DNA of 64,000 nucleotides from Minisyncoccota bacterium (GTDB taxonomy: Bacteria > Patescibacteriota > Minisyncoccia > Phycocordibacterales > UBA9973), in NCBI GenBank assembly GCA_041675085.1, contig JBAYUN010000001.1, positions 9,829 to 73,828 of the forward strand. The letters run 5' to 3'. The position numbers and the translations under genes are program-made. The notes beneath the pieces were generated by a model that had not been told where the DNA came from, did no database searches, and saw only the letters and a program-made list of their open reading frames with translations. Shown here piece by piece: positions 26,440-36,134 of this stretch. Each line of letters starts with the position of its first letter. Within the stretch, counting starts at the first letter, position 1.

Positions 26440-27918
26440 ATGCAAAAGAAAAAAGCGATTGTTATTGGGGCCGGTTTTGGAGGTTTGGCTACGGCTACGG
26501 ACTTGGCGTCTATGGGTTTTGAAGTCACTCTGCTCGAGAAGAACGAGATGGCAGGCGGACGGGCGCGAGTCTTTAAAGAAAAAGGTTTTACTTTTGATAT
26601 GGGGCCTTCTTGGTATATGATGCTTGAATATTTTGAAAGATTTTTTGCTAAGCATGGTCACAAATCTAGCGACTTCTACGAGACAGTATTGCTCGATCCA
26701 TCTTATCGTATCACTTACGAAGACGGCACTCGTGTAGAAATATCTTCAGAGCTAGAGAAAAATATAGCTTTATTTGAAAGTATTGAAAAAGGAGCAGGGG
26801 ATAAGTTGCGTGAATATCTAAAAGAAGCTGAGAGAAAATATCACCTATCGACAGATTTGGTTTTACAAAAAAGTGTCAATAACTTTTTTGATTTTTTCTC
26901 ATTTGAATTATTGACTAAAGCTTCTGGGTTAAATGTTTTCCAAAATCTAGATTCTTATGTAAGGAAATTTTTTAAAGATGAGAAATTGGTACAAATTATA
27001 GAATATATAACTCTATTTTTAGGTAGTAGTCCAAAGCAATTGCCAGCAGTATATTCTCTGATGAACTATGCGGATTTTGTCGGCCGAGTTTGGTACCCTG
27101 TAGGCGGTATGGGGCGCGTAGTAGAAGCTTTTGTAAAAATCGCTCGCGAGCGTGGAGTGAATTTTGTTTTTAATGCTGACGTTACTAAGATAGAAGTTGT
27201 CGATGGTACAGCTCGCGGAGTGTATGTGGGTGATGTATTTCACGAGGCGGATGTTGTAGTCTCGAATGCGGACTATCCTTTTACAGAGACGGTTTTGCTC
27301 GATAAGAAATGGCAGACTTATGATGTGTCATATTGGGATAAGAAAAAGATTTCACCTTCTGCTTTTATCCTTTATATTGGATTGAATAAAAAATTGAAAA
27401 ATGCTCTGCATCACAATTATTTCTTTAGAGAAAATTGGACCAAGCATTTTAAATCTGTTTTCGAAGAACCAGCTTGGGAAGAAAAGCCTTCTTATTATCT
27501 ATGTGTGCCTTCTGTGACCGATACTACGGTCGCTCCGCCTGATTGCGAGAATTTATTCTTCTTAGTACCCGCTGCTCCAGGTTTGGCTGACTCTAGTGAA
27601 TTTAGACAACAATACAGAGATAAAATGATCAAAGAGATAGAGAGTCTAGTAGGTGAGTCTATCGCGGATAATATAATATACGAACGTATCTACGCTCAGT
27701 CTGATTTTGAGAGAGATTATCATGCTCATAAAGGTACTGCACTCGGTATGGCTTTGAATTTAATGCAAACTGGATTCTTCCGTCCTCATAATAAAAGTAA
27801 AAAAGTAAAGAATTTATTCTATGCAGGTCAATATACGCATCCTGGTTGTGGTATGGCTCCTTGTATTATTTCTGGCGAGAATGTAGCGAGAGATATATCA
27901 AAAAAATATGGAAAGTAA
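26440..27918 (+). CDS. crtI: phytoene desaturase family FAD-dependent oxidoreductase (CrtI/CrtN-like)
   Basis: 492 aa; N-terminal 'AIVIGAGFGGLATATDLASMGFEVTLLEKNEMAGGRA' dinucleotide-binding motif. Confidence 0.8.
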   Translation: MQKKKAIVIGAGFGGLATATDLASMGFEVTLLEKNEMAGGRARVFKEKGFTFDMGPSWYMMLEYFERFFAKHGHKSSDFYETVLLDPSYRITYEDGTRVEISSELEKNIALFESIEKGAGDKLREYLKEAERKYHLSTDLVLQKSVNNFFDFFSFELLTKASGLNVFQNLDSYVRKFFKDEKLVQIIEYITLFLGSSPKQLPAVYSLMNYADFVGRVWYPVGGMGRVVEAFVKIARERGVNFVFNADVTKIEVVDGTARGVYVGDVFHEADVVVSNADYPFTETVLLDKKWQTYDVSYWDKKKISPSAFILYIGLNKKLKNALHHNYFFRENWTKHFKSVFEEPAWEEKPSYYLCVPSVTDTTVAPPDCENLFFLVPAAPGLADSSEFRQQYRDKMIKEIESLVGESIADNIIYERIYAQSDFERDYHAHKGTALGMALNLMQTGFFRPHNKSKKVKNLFYAGQYTHPGCGMAPCIISGENVARDISKKYGK

Positions 27919-28729
27919 TCAAGAAAAAATATTTAAAAACGGCAGTAAAACATTTTTTTATTCTACTTTTTTCTTTCCTGAAACAGCAAAAAAAGATATT
28001 ACTACACTCTATGCTTTCGTGCGTATTGCTGATGATTTCGTAGACGCTACACCTTCTGATAGTGTTGGTTTTTATGATTTTAAAAATAAATATATCAGAG
28101 CTCTTGGTGGCGAGAAGGCAGACTATGAAGTTATTGATGACTTTGTAGTCTTACAAAAAAAATATAATTTTGAACAAGAATGGATAGATGCTTTTTTCTC
28201 GGCTATGGAGTCGGATTTGTATCCTCAGTTTTGTAAAAATGCGACAGATACAGCAAAATATATGTATGGTTCAGCCGAAGTAGTTGGGCTTATGATGTGC
28301 AAGATCTTGAATATTAAAGAGGAGGCTTATGTTTATGCTCGCAAATTAGGCCAGGCTTTTCAGTATATTAATTTTATTCGAGATCTATATGAAGATGAGA
28401 AATTGGGCAGATTGTATTTGCCAGAAGAAAATATTTTGAAATCTGGTATATCAAAACTCTCTATAGAGACAGCTGAAAAAAATAAAATATCCTTTGAGAA
28501 TTTTATGAAAAAAGAGATTAAATATTTTTATCATTTAGTAGATGAAGCTCGTCCAGGTTTTGATTTTATACCTAGACGATATCGTATCCCGATAGTTATC
28601 GCTACCAATCTATACCTGTATACTGCAAAGATTATCGAGAATAATCCGTACATAGTCTACCAACAAAAAGTAAAACCAAATACAAAGAGGATTTTTTATG
28701 AAGCTTTAAAAGTAATAATTACAATTTAA
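27908..28729 (+). CDS. crtB: phytoene/squalene synthase family protein (CrtB/CrtM-like)
   Basis: 273 aa; 'YAFVRIADDFVD' Asp-rich motif; 4-nt-scale overlap with crtI. Confidence 0.8.
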   Translation: MESNQEKIFKNGSKTFFYSTFFFPETAKKDITTLYAFVRIADDFVDATPSDSVGFYDFKNKYIRALGGEKADYEVIDDFVVLQKKYNFEQEWIDAFFSAMESDLYPQFCKNATDTAKYMYGSAEVVGLMMCKILNIKEEAYVYARKLGQAFQYINFIRDLYEDEKLGRLYLPEENILKSGISKLSIETAEKNKISFENFMKKEIKYFYHLVDEARPGFDFIPRRYRIPIVIATNLYLYTAKIIENNPYIVYQQKVKPNTKRIFYEALKVIITI

Positions 28730-28730
28730 A

Positions 28731-29762
28731 ATGCAAGAAAAAGATATAAAAAATAAAATAAATAAATTACAAGTTTTTTTAAAAAAGTTTTTAATCTCAA
28801 CTAAGGTTAAAAATAAAAATATAAACATTTGGCATAAAGATATTGAGACTAAAATATTACCTTTTGCGGTATCTGGTAAAAGTATGAGAGGTTTATTGGT
28901 CATACTTTCTAGTGGTAAAGAAGACTCTAATTCTTTAAAATTAGCTAGTGCTTTAGAGTTGCTCCATACTGCTTTCTTGATTCATGATGATATTATGGAT
29001 CAAGATGAAAAAAGAAGAGGGCTAGACTCTATTTATAATCAATATGCAAAAGAAATTCCTAAGAAAGATTTACATTATGGTATCAGTCAGGCTATTTCTA
29101 TGGGGGATATTCTTTTTTTCTTAACTTTTACTTTGTTGAATAAAATTGAGCATAAGAATAAAGAAAAGTTGGTTAGCTTTTTTGTGAATGAAGTTGTGCG
29201 AGTAGGTTTTGGGCAAATGCAGGATGTTTTTATTGGTTCTTATGCAAAAAACCCAGATTTAGATACTATTATAGATATACATAGATATAAGACTGCTAGA
29301 TATAGTATTAGTTTGCCTTTGGTTTTAGGTTATTATCTTAACGATAAGGATTTTGATCAAAAGATTTTGAATCAGATAATTTTAGCAGGAGAATATCTAG
29401 GTATAGCTTTTCAAATGAAAGATGATGACTTAGGTATTTGGGGTCAAACAGAAAGTACTGGTAAAGGAGTATTGAAAGACGTAAATAAAAATAAAAAAAC
29501 TGCTATTAAATTCTTACTCCTTAAAGAAGTAAATAAAAAAGAGAAAGTTTTTATAGATAATATTTTTGGAAAAGAGAATTTATCTAAGAATGATATATAT
29601 AATCTATTTCAATTATTAGAAAAATACAATATTCAAAAGAAACATAATGAGATTATATCAGAGTATAATAAAAAAGCAGCACAGATAACAAAGAAGCTAC
29701 CAAAACATTATCAAGAAATTTTATTTTTTATTCAAAATTTTAATGATAAAAGAGTTAAATAA
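28731..29762 (+). CDS. polyprenyl (isoprenyl diphosphate) synthase
   Basis: 343 aa; first DDxxD 'LIHDDIMDQD', second 'FQMKDDDLG'. Confidence 0.85.
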   Translation: MQEKDIKNKINKLQVFLKKFLISTKVKNKNINIWHKDIETKILPFAVSGKSMRGLLVILSSGKEDSNSLKLASALELLHTAFLIHDDIMDQDEKRRGLDSIYNQYAKEIPKKDLHYGISQAISMGDILFFLTFTLLNKIEHKNKEKLVSFFVNEVVRVGFGQMQDVFIGSYAKNPDLDTIIDIHRYKTARYSISLPLVLGYYLNDKDFDQKILNQIILAGEYLGIAFQMKDDDLGIWGQTESTGKGVLKDVNKNKKTAIKFLLLKEVNKKEKVFIDNIFGKENLSKNDIYNLFQLLEKYNIQKKHNEIISEYNKKAAQITKKLPKHYQEILFFIQNFNDKRVK

Positions 29763-30610
29763 TGAATAAATATATCTCACAATTCAATCAGATTTTAAAA
29801 TTATCCCGACCGAGTTTTTGGTTTTATTTAGCTGGGCCGTTTTTTGTGGGTTTTACTTTTGGCAGTGATACTTTGGTCGACTTTAATACTGGATTCTTTT
29901 TGTTATTATTTTATTTTCTCGTCCCATCTAATATTTTGGTTTATAGTATCAATGATCTAGCTGATGAGAAAATAGATATTTTGAATGCTAAAAAAGAAAA
30001 TAAAGAGATACGAGTGGACGGCTCAAATAAAAATCAGGTCAAAATAGCTTTTTATTTTAGTTTACTATGTAGCGCCTTAGTACTTTTTGTTCTCAAAGAC
30101 AATACTAGTATAATGTTGTTTCTAGCTTTTATTTTCCTTAGCATATTCTACAGTTTGCCACCATTACGTTTTAAGACAAAGATTTTTTTAGATTTTATCT
30201 CAAATATTTTATATATTATTCCTGGTATTTTAGGTTTCTATCAAGCGACTTCTGCACTACCTCTAGGGATATTTATTCTGGCTTCAATGTTTTGGGCTTT
30301 CGCTATGCATTTATTCTCAGCTGTAGTAGATATCGAACCAGACACAAAGGCCAACATCCAAACCTCGGCTGTGTATTTAGGCTTTAAGAAAAGTTTGTGG
30401 CTATGCTTTTTGTTTTGGTCTATGTCTTGGTTTTTGATTTTTTATAGTGGAGTATTCAATAATTTTATTTATCTGTTCCTTGTTTATCCATTATTACCTC
30501 TTTATGTTTTACGGAAAAAGAATGTTGATTTAGAGCGGGTGTATTGGTGGTATCCGGTGATAAATATAGTTTTAGGTTTTGTGTTATTTTTATTGGCTTA
30601 TTTTAATTAA
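29762..30610 (+). CDS. UbiA-family prenyltransferase (lycopene elongase-like candidate)
   Basis: 282 aa; polytopic membrane protein with 'NDLADEKID' Asp-rich motif. Confidence 0.7.
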   Translation: MNKYISQFNQILKLSRPSFWFYLAGPFFVGFTFGSDTLVDFNTGFFLLLFYFLVPSNILVYSINDLADEKIDILNAKKENKEIRVDGSNKNQVKIAFYFSLLCSALVLFVLKDNTSIMLFLAFIFLSIFYSLPPLRFKTKIFLDFISNILYIIPGILGFYQATSALPLGIFILASMFWAFAMHLFSAVVDIEPDTKANIQTSAVYLGFKKSLWLCFLFWSMSWFLIFYSGVFNNFIYLFLVYPLLPLYVLRKKNVDLERVYWWYPVINIVLGFVLFLLAYFN

Positions 30611-30612
30611 TT

Positions 30613-31350
30613 ATGAAAATTTCAATTGTTATACCTTGTTTAAATGAAGAAGATTTTATACCTTATCTTATTGAAGATCTTAGGAATCAAAGTGTTTTGC
30701 CTTTTGAGATTATCGTAGTCGACGCAGGCTCTACCGATAAAACTTTAGAAAGGGTAAAGAACGATACTTTAGTCAAAGTCTACAATAGACCTCCCAATAT
30801 CGGCGCTCAGAGACAATACGGAGGCGAGCAAGCAACTGGAGACTATTTATTTTTTCTTGATGCTGACGTGAGATTACCGATAGACTTCTTGGAAAAAAGT
30901 ATCATGGAGGTCAAACAAAGAAATTTAGGTATAGCTGCATTTAGGTATGTACCATATGCAAAAGATGAGAATGGAGTTTTGAAACAATCTTCATTACCTA
31001 TTAGTTTTTGTTACAAGTTTTTAGATGTTTTGTTTTTTATATTTCAGAAAATTTCTCCTTCTGGGGCAGGTTCGGGTATTTTCGTTAAAAAAGAAATTTT
31101 TGATAGTAGTCTAGGTTTTAGTAAAAATTTAAAATTTGATGATATTGAGTTTATTAGAAGAGTTGCTCGTTATATAAAATTTGGACAACTTAAAGTACAA
31201 TTATTCGTATCAGATAGAAGATTTGTGAGATATGGAGTTGTTAAAATATTTGTGTCATATTTGGTTTTATCTATATTTTTTATGTTTAATTTGTTTAAAG
31301 CTGCTGAAGTGGTAGAATATAAGTTCTCGGATTATTATAAAAAGAAATAA
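30613..31350 (+). CDS. family 2 glycosyltransferase
   Basis: 245 aa; 'ISIVIPCLNEE', 'IIVVDAGSTDKT', 'FLDADV'. Confidence 0.8.
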   Translation: MKISIVIPCLNEEDFIPYLIEDLRNQSVLPFEIIVVDAGSTDKTLERVKNDTLVKVYNRPPNIGAQRQYGGEQATGDYLFFLDADVRLPIDFLEKSIMEVKQRNLGIAAFRYVPYAKDENGVLKQSSLPISFCYKFLDVLFFIFQKISPSGAGSGIFVKKEIFDSSLGFSKNLKFDDIEFIRRVARYIKFGQLKVQLFVSDRRFVRYGVVKIFVSYLVLSIFFMFNLFKAAEVVEYKFSDYYKKK

Positions 31351-31354
31351 ATTT

Positions 31355-33097
31355 ATGAAAATATTATATACATATTTAAGAAAATACTGGAAACTTTGTT
31401 TGGGAGTTTTAATACTGGCTTTAGTGAATCAAGTCTTTTCTTTGATTGACCCTTTGATATTTAGATATATCATCGATGATTATGCTAGCCGACCACTCGA
31501 CTATTCTAGTGTGGAATTTTTTAATGGTGTTGTTAGGCTCTTATTGATTGCTATTGGAGTAGTCTTTGTATCTCGCGTAGCCAAGAATTTTCAAGATTAT
31601 TATTTGAATAAAGTTAGTCAAAAAATAGGTTCTGATATGTATCAAGCGGGAGTCAGGCATTCTTTGTTATTGCCTTATGAAGTTTTTGAAGATCAAAAGA
31701 GTGGAGAGACTTTAGGGATATTACAAAAAGCTCGTACTGATGCTGAAAAATATTTAAATTCAATTATTAATATTGTTTTCGTTTCTTTGATTGGATTTAT
31801 TTTCGTTTCTGTTTATGCTTGGATTGTCTATCCGCCGATAGCTTTGGTTTATATCATGATTCTACCAGTGATAGGTGGGACTAGTTATTTTCTTACTCGA
31901 AAATTAAAACAAGTTCAAAAAAATATCGTGAACGAGACGACACAGCTTGCAGGTTCGACTACTGAATCTTTGCGTAATATTGAGCTTGTAAAAAGCTTGG
32001 GACTTGCTGACCAGGAGATAAATAGATTAAATAAAACTACAGAAAAGATTCTAAATTTAGAATTAAAAAAATTACGTTATGTTCGTAGTATTAGTTTTAT
32101 TCAAGGCACATTAATTAATTTGATTCGTAATGCGATTTTATTATTTTTGCTTTATTTGGTTTTCAAGCAGACTATAACTTTCGGGGAATTTTTCTCTTTG
32201 TACATTTATTCATTCTTTATTTTTGCGCCACTGCAGGAAATAGGAACTGTCATTACCGTATATAGAGAAGCTGAAGTTTCTATGAACAAAATGGGAGATA
32301 TTTTAAACATAGAAAAAGAAGCTATTCCTCAAAGTCCAATTCACTTAGATCGTGTAGACAATATTAAACTTAGTGACGTCTCCTTTAAGTACAAAAATGC
32401 AGTAAATGATGCTCTTGAGAATATATCTTTTGATATTAATAAAGGAGAGACTATTGCTTTTGTAGGACCTTCTGGTTCAGGTAAGACCAGTTTAGTAAAA
32501 TTATTAGTTGGACTTTATCAGCCGAACCAAGGCAAATTGTCTTACAACAATATTCTTAGTACAGATATAGATTTAAATGATTTACGTTCTCAGATAGGTT
32601 TCGTTACTCAAGATACTCAGCTTTTCTCTGGTACTATAAAAGAGAATTTACTTTTCGTAAATCCGAAGGCAACAGATGAAGAAATGTTAGAAGTCTTGCA
32701 TAAAAGTGCTTGTGATGCATTGCTCGCTCGTGCAGAAAAGGGTATCGATACTACTATAGGTGAAGGTGGAGTTAAGATTTCTGGAGGAGAACGTCAGAGA
32801 CTTTCTATTGCTCGGGCTCTATTACGTAAACCTTCGATTTTAGTTTTTGATGAAGCGACCTCGTCACTAGACTCTATTACCGAAGAAGAGATAACCAACA
32901 CAATGAAAACTTTAGATAAAGAAAAAGCTCATCTAACTATTCTTGTTGCCCATAGACTGTCTACTATTATGCACGCAGACAAGATTTATGTTTTAGAAAA
33001 AGGGCGTATTAGTGAGATGGGGCGGCATGAAGATTTGTTAAATCAAAAAGGATTGTACTATGCTATGTGGCGTCAGCAGATAGGAGAGAGGACCTAG
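31355..33097 (+). CDS. ABC transporter permease/ATP-binding protein (type I exporter)
   Basis: 580 aa; 6-TM N-domain; Walker A 'GPSGSGKTS', signature 'LSGGERQR', Walker B 'ILVFDEATS'. Confidence 0.9.
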   Translation: MKILYTYLRKYWKLCLGVLILALVNQVFSLIDPLIFRYIIDDYASRPLDYSSVEFFNGVVRLLLIAIGVVFVSRVAKNFQDYYLNKVSQKIGSDMYQAGVRHSLLLPYEVFEDQKSGETLGILQKARTDAEKYLNSIINIVFVSLIGFIFVSVYAWIVYPPIALVYIMILPVIGGTSYFLTRKLKQVQKNIVNETTQLAGSTTESLRNIELVKSLGLADQEINRLNKTTEKILNLELKKLRYVRSISFIQGTLINLIRNAILLFLLYLVFKQTITFGEFFSLYIYSFFIFAPLQEIGTVITVYREAEVSMNKMGDILNIEKEAIPQSPIHLDRVDNIKLSDVSFKYKNAVNDALENISFDINKGETIAFVGPSGSGKTSLVKLLVGLYQPNQGKLSYNNILSTDIDLNDLRSQIGFVTQDTQLFSGTIKENLLFVNPKATDEEMLEVLHKSACDALLARAEKGIDTTIGEGGVKISGGERQRLSIARALLRKPSILVFDEATSSLDSITEEEITNTMKTLDKEKAHLTILVAHRLSTIMHADKIYVLEKGRISEMGRHEDLLNQKGLYYAMWRQQIGERT

Positions 33098-33146
33098 ATA
33101 TATTTTCTTTCAAAATACAAGCTTTTATGTTAAGCTCTATCGGTAT

Positions 33147-34055
33147 ATGAATAAAATAGATAAAATTTTATTAGGTATGATTTCTATACTTTCTGTATTG
33201 ATTTTAGTATTTTCATTTTATAAATTTGATTTTTCTGTTTTAGGTAATACTCAATATGCAAATATTTTCACATCTGAGAAAGAAGAAGTATTAACACCAA
33301 AGGTGATAAGTATATTAGGTAAAGCCGAGTTGAGTTATCTCGGTAGTACTAGTGAGCGGATTCAGAATATTAAACTTGGGGTAGCGCGTATCAACGGTAC
33401 GATAGTTAAACCCGGAGAAGAATTTTCTTTTAATAAAACTATGGGCCCTGTTTTATCGGCCGACGGATTTCAAGAAGCCAAGTCTTTCTTGAATGGGGAA
33501 GTCGTACTCGGTATCGGAGGAGGAATTTGCCAAGTTTCTACTATTTTGTTTGAAAGTCTTGTGAATGCAGGTTTACCTATATCAGAGCGTCATAACCATA
33601 CTTTTTCTGTATCGTATTATACTACTGGGCTCGACGCGACGGTCTCCCAATCTGGACCTGATTTAAAATTTATAAATGATACAGGTTATGATATTGAAAT
33701 TAAAGGCTACATAACGGAGAATAATACAGCTTTATTTGAAATATATGGAGTCTCAGATGAACGTGTGGTATCTCTTAGTAAAGCTGTCGTGACTAATAAG
33801 ACCAATACTCCACTCACTCAATACGAAGAAACTTCTGATATTAAAAAAGACGGGCAATGCCACAATACTCCACAAGGAGGCTATACTGCACGAGTTCTTT
33901 ATAATGTATTGTATAAAAACGGCATAAATAAAGAGCAAGTATTTGATTCTGTTTATAAGCCTCTGGGGCGTACTTGTTATATTTATACTGATCCATTAAC
34001 TGGCTGTAATTCTACTACTTTGTATAGTCCAAAGACTGGTATGAAATGCGAATAG
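33147..34055 (+). CDS. VanW family protein
   Basis: 302 aa; N-terminal TM; 'GGGICQVSTILFESLVNAGLPISERHNHTFSVSYY'. Confidence 0.75.
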   Translation: MNKIDKILLGMISILSVLILVFSFYKFDFSVLGNTQYANIFTSEKEEVLTPKVISILGKAELSYLGSTSERIQNIKLGVARINGTIVKPGEEFSFNKTMGPVLSADGFQEAKSFLNGEVVLGIGGGICQVSTILFESLVNAGLPISERHNHTFSVSYYTTGLDATVSQSGPDLKFINDTGYDIEIKGYITENNTALFEIYGVSDERVVSLSKAVVTNKTNTPLTQYEETSDIKKDGQCHNTPQGGYTARVLYNVLYKNGINKEQVFDSVYKPLGRTCYIYTDPLTGCNSTTLYSPKTGMKCE

Positions 34056-34073
34056 GGGATTTAAAATAAAAAA

Positions 34074-34106
34074 GTCGCTTTTTGTAAAAAAGCGACATTT
34101 TTTTTT
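34074..34106 (+). terminator. rho-independent terminator
   Basis: GTCGCTTTTT-gta-AAAAAGCGAC followed by ATTTTTTTTT. Confidence 0.8.
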
Positions 34107-34370
34107 AATGAACAAAGTTTTTATATTATATCGTGTAAGATAATATTAAGAAATACTTTGTTTAAATTTGTAAAATACTCAGGATTTTCTACTGCTTCCA
34201 GATATGATTTGAATACTTCTTCTTTAGTCATGATTTTTTTATTTAAATGGTGATCAATCTTTTTATAGAATACATCTTGTTACTAAATAAGTCAAATACT
34301 TTACTTTTATACCTATCCATGTTATAAATATTTTGATATGTATATTCACAAATAAATTAAATTCAATCAA

Positions 34371-34775
34371 ATGACAAAAATAACTAAAATTATTGAAGCA
34401 AAAAAAATTACAGATTTTTTTAGTTTTGCTTCAGATAACGAAGAGGGTGGTTTCTATTTTTCAAAACTTAAAATAGATAAAAAGACTAAAACATTTAAAT
34501 CCATGGAAGAAGGATTAGTGGCTTTAATCGAATGGAAAAAAATAAAATTAATTAATGAAAATGAAAAATTAGACTTGATTACATTACTAATGAGGTCAAG
34601 TTTGCCGCTTATTTGTACTTCTGAAATAGAGACTAGGGAACAGATTATGGAGAGGTGGAATAATGTTTCTAATAATTTTTTAATTAATTTAAGAATTAAT
34701 AAAAATATATTAAAAAGTACTAAATTAGTTCATGTTCAAGCTAATAAAATTTCTGATAAGAATTTTGCACTATAA
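34371..34775 (+). CDS. hypothetical protein
   Basis: 134-aa ORF; no recognisable motifs. Confidence 0.5.
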   Translation: MTKITKIIEAKKITDFFSFASDNEEGGFYFSKLKIDKKTKTFKSMEEGLVALIEWKKIKLINENEKLDLITLLMRSSLPLICTSEIETREQIMERWNNVSNNFLINLRINKNILKSTKLVHVQANKISDKNFAL

Positions 34776-34861
34776 AAATACTCAAGAGATGCCCCTAAAG
34801 GTATCTCTTTTTTTTATTGTGCTATAATGACTATATTAGTATTAAATAATTATATAAATAT

Positions 34862-35128
34862 ATGATAGACCCAACAAAAGTAGATATCAACGACTTACCA
34901 AAGAAATTCTGTGACGGAGCCCTAGGTACATATAGTAAAGAATCTTTTGCTTTCGTGATGACTTCAGGCAATAACCTAGACGCCTATGCGACTACTCCTC
35001 AAATCATGAAAAGCATAGCTATGTGGATGACTGCGCAAGTAGAGGCTTATGAAAAGCAATTTGGACCGATAGATATGAATCCTCCTCAAATCCAAAGTCC
35101 GCTACAAATGGCAGATTTGAATAACTAG
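34862..35128 (+). CDS. hypothetical protein (possibly DUF3467-like)
   Basis: 88 aa; 'GTYSKESFAFVMTSGNNLDAYATTPQIMKSIAMWMTAQVEAYEKQFGPI' loosely fits DUF3467. Confidence 0.45.
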   Translation: MIDPTKVDINDLPKKFCDGALGTYSKESFAFVMTSGNNLDAYATTPQIMKSIAMWMTAQVEAYEKQFGPIDMNPPQIQSPLQMADLNN

Positions 35129-35136
35129 TTTTTACT

Positions 35137-35724
35137 ATGGAATCTTTATCGGTTTATATAATAGAAAATCTAAATAATATCGCACCTGTTTTCCAGATAT
35201 TCTGGATGTCTCTTTTTGCATACCTCGAAGGACTACCTGTAGTGGGTTCTATTTTACCAGGAGGTACTATCGCATTACTCGCTGGTAGTATATCTTCGAC
35301 TGGGTCTTTCTCTCCACTTGTTGCTTTTTTATTTATTGGAATTAGTAATTTCTTGGGAGACATGACTGGATTTTTACTCGGCAAGAAATTCAAGAATAAT
35401 AGTTTTATTAAAAAGTTGGTCGAGAAGGAAAGTCATCAAAAGAATTGGGATCTATTCGATAGGCATATCGCTCTCATTAGTATCTTTGGGAAATTGATTC
35501 CTCTAGTTCGTTCAGTTCCTTCGATATTCGCAGCATTCAGGGGTATCAAGACTCGCCGATATATAACCTATAGTTTTATTGGTTCGTTCTTGTGGTCTTT
35601 TGCTGGAGTGTATTTCGGGAATTTCTTGGCACAAATTTTCGGCAGTAGCGCGATACTGATAATCTTTGGTATCTTACTAATATCTATAGCTTTAGTTGTC
35701 TTTAATTATTTAAAGAAGAAATAA
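35137..35724 (+). CDS. DedA/SNARE-associated (TVP38/TMEM64) family membrane protein
   Basis: 195 aa; 'FGKLIPLVRSVPSIFAAFRGI...FIGSFLWSF'. Confidence 0.75.
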   Translation: MESLSVYIIENLNNIAPVFQIFWMSLFAYLEGLPVVGSILPGGTIALLAGSISSTGSFSPLVAFLFIGISNFLGDMTGFLLGKKFKNNSFIKKLVEKESHQKNWDLFDRHIALISIFGKLIPLVRSVPSIFAAFRGIKTRRYITYSFIGSFLWSFAGVYFGNFLAQIFGSSAILIIFGILLISIALVVFNYLKKK

Positions 35725-35725
35725 A

Positions 35726-35754
35726 AACCCCATTAATTTTTAATTAATGGGGTT
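35726..35754. terminator. bidirectional terminator (perfect palindrome)
   Basis: AACCCCATTAATTTTTAATTAATGGGGTT between convergent genes. Confidence 0.75.
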
Positions 35755-35772
35755 AAATTTTGAAAATCAAAA

Positions 35773-35970
35773 TTACGAACCTAGCCCAGCACCATCGGGG
35801 TGCTTGCTTTTAATTTTCAATGGTTCTATTTCTTTTTTTAATCTCTCTACTTCTAATTTTTTTTTCTTTTTGTCTTGAAGTTTAAAATCTCCTGAACGAA
35901 TTTCTTTTTTTAATTGGATAATTGTCGCACAAGCAGGTTGTGCTTCTAGGTCATAATGACTAGTATTCAT
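35773..35970 (-). CDS. small hypothetical protein
   Basis: 65-aa Lys-rich ORF. Confidence 0.3.
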   Translation of the reverse strand: MNTSHYDLEAQPACATIIQLKKEIRSGDFKLQDKKKKKLEVERLKKEIEPLKIKSKHPDGAGLGS

Positions 35971-36134
35971 ATTCTAAAAAATTTAAAAATTAAAAAAATA
36001 AATTAAATAAAAATCGGTCTGAGAAAAAATAAAAATTAAGGTGGTAAGACCATACTTTTTTGTTTTTAAAGTTAAAAAATTTTGATAAGAACTATATGAG
36101 AATATTATCTACTTTTTTAGAATTTTGTCAAATT

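Noticed and set aside
26404-26661. ORFs 26404..26661 (-) and 26417..26620 (+).
   Set aside because: They overlap the crtI N-terminal Rossmann-fold coding region and promoter; Arg/Leu-rich frame artefacts.
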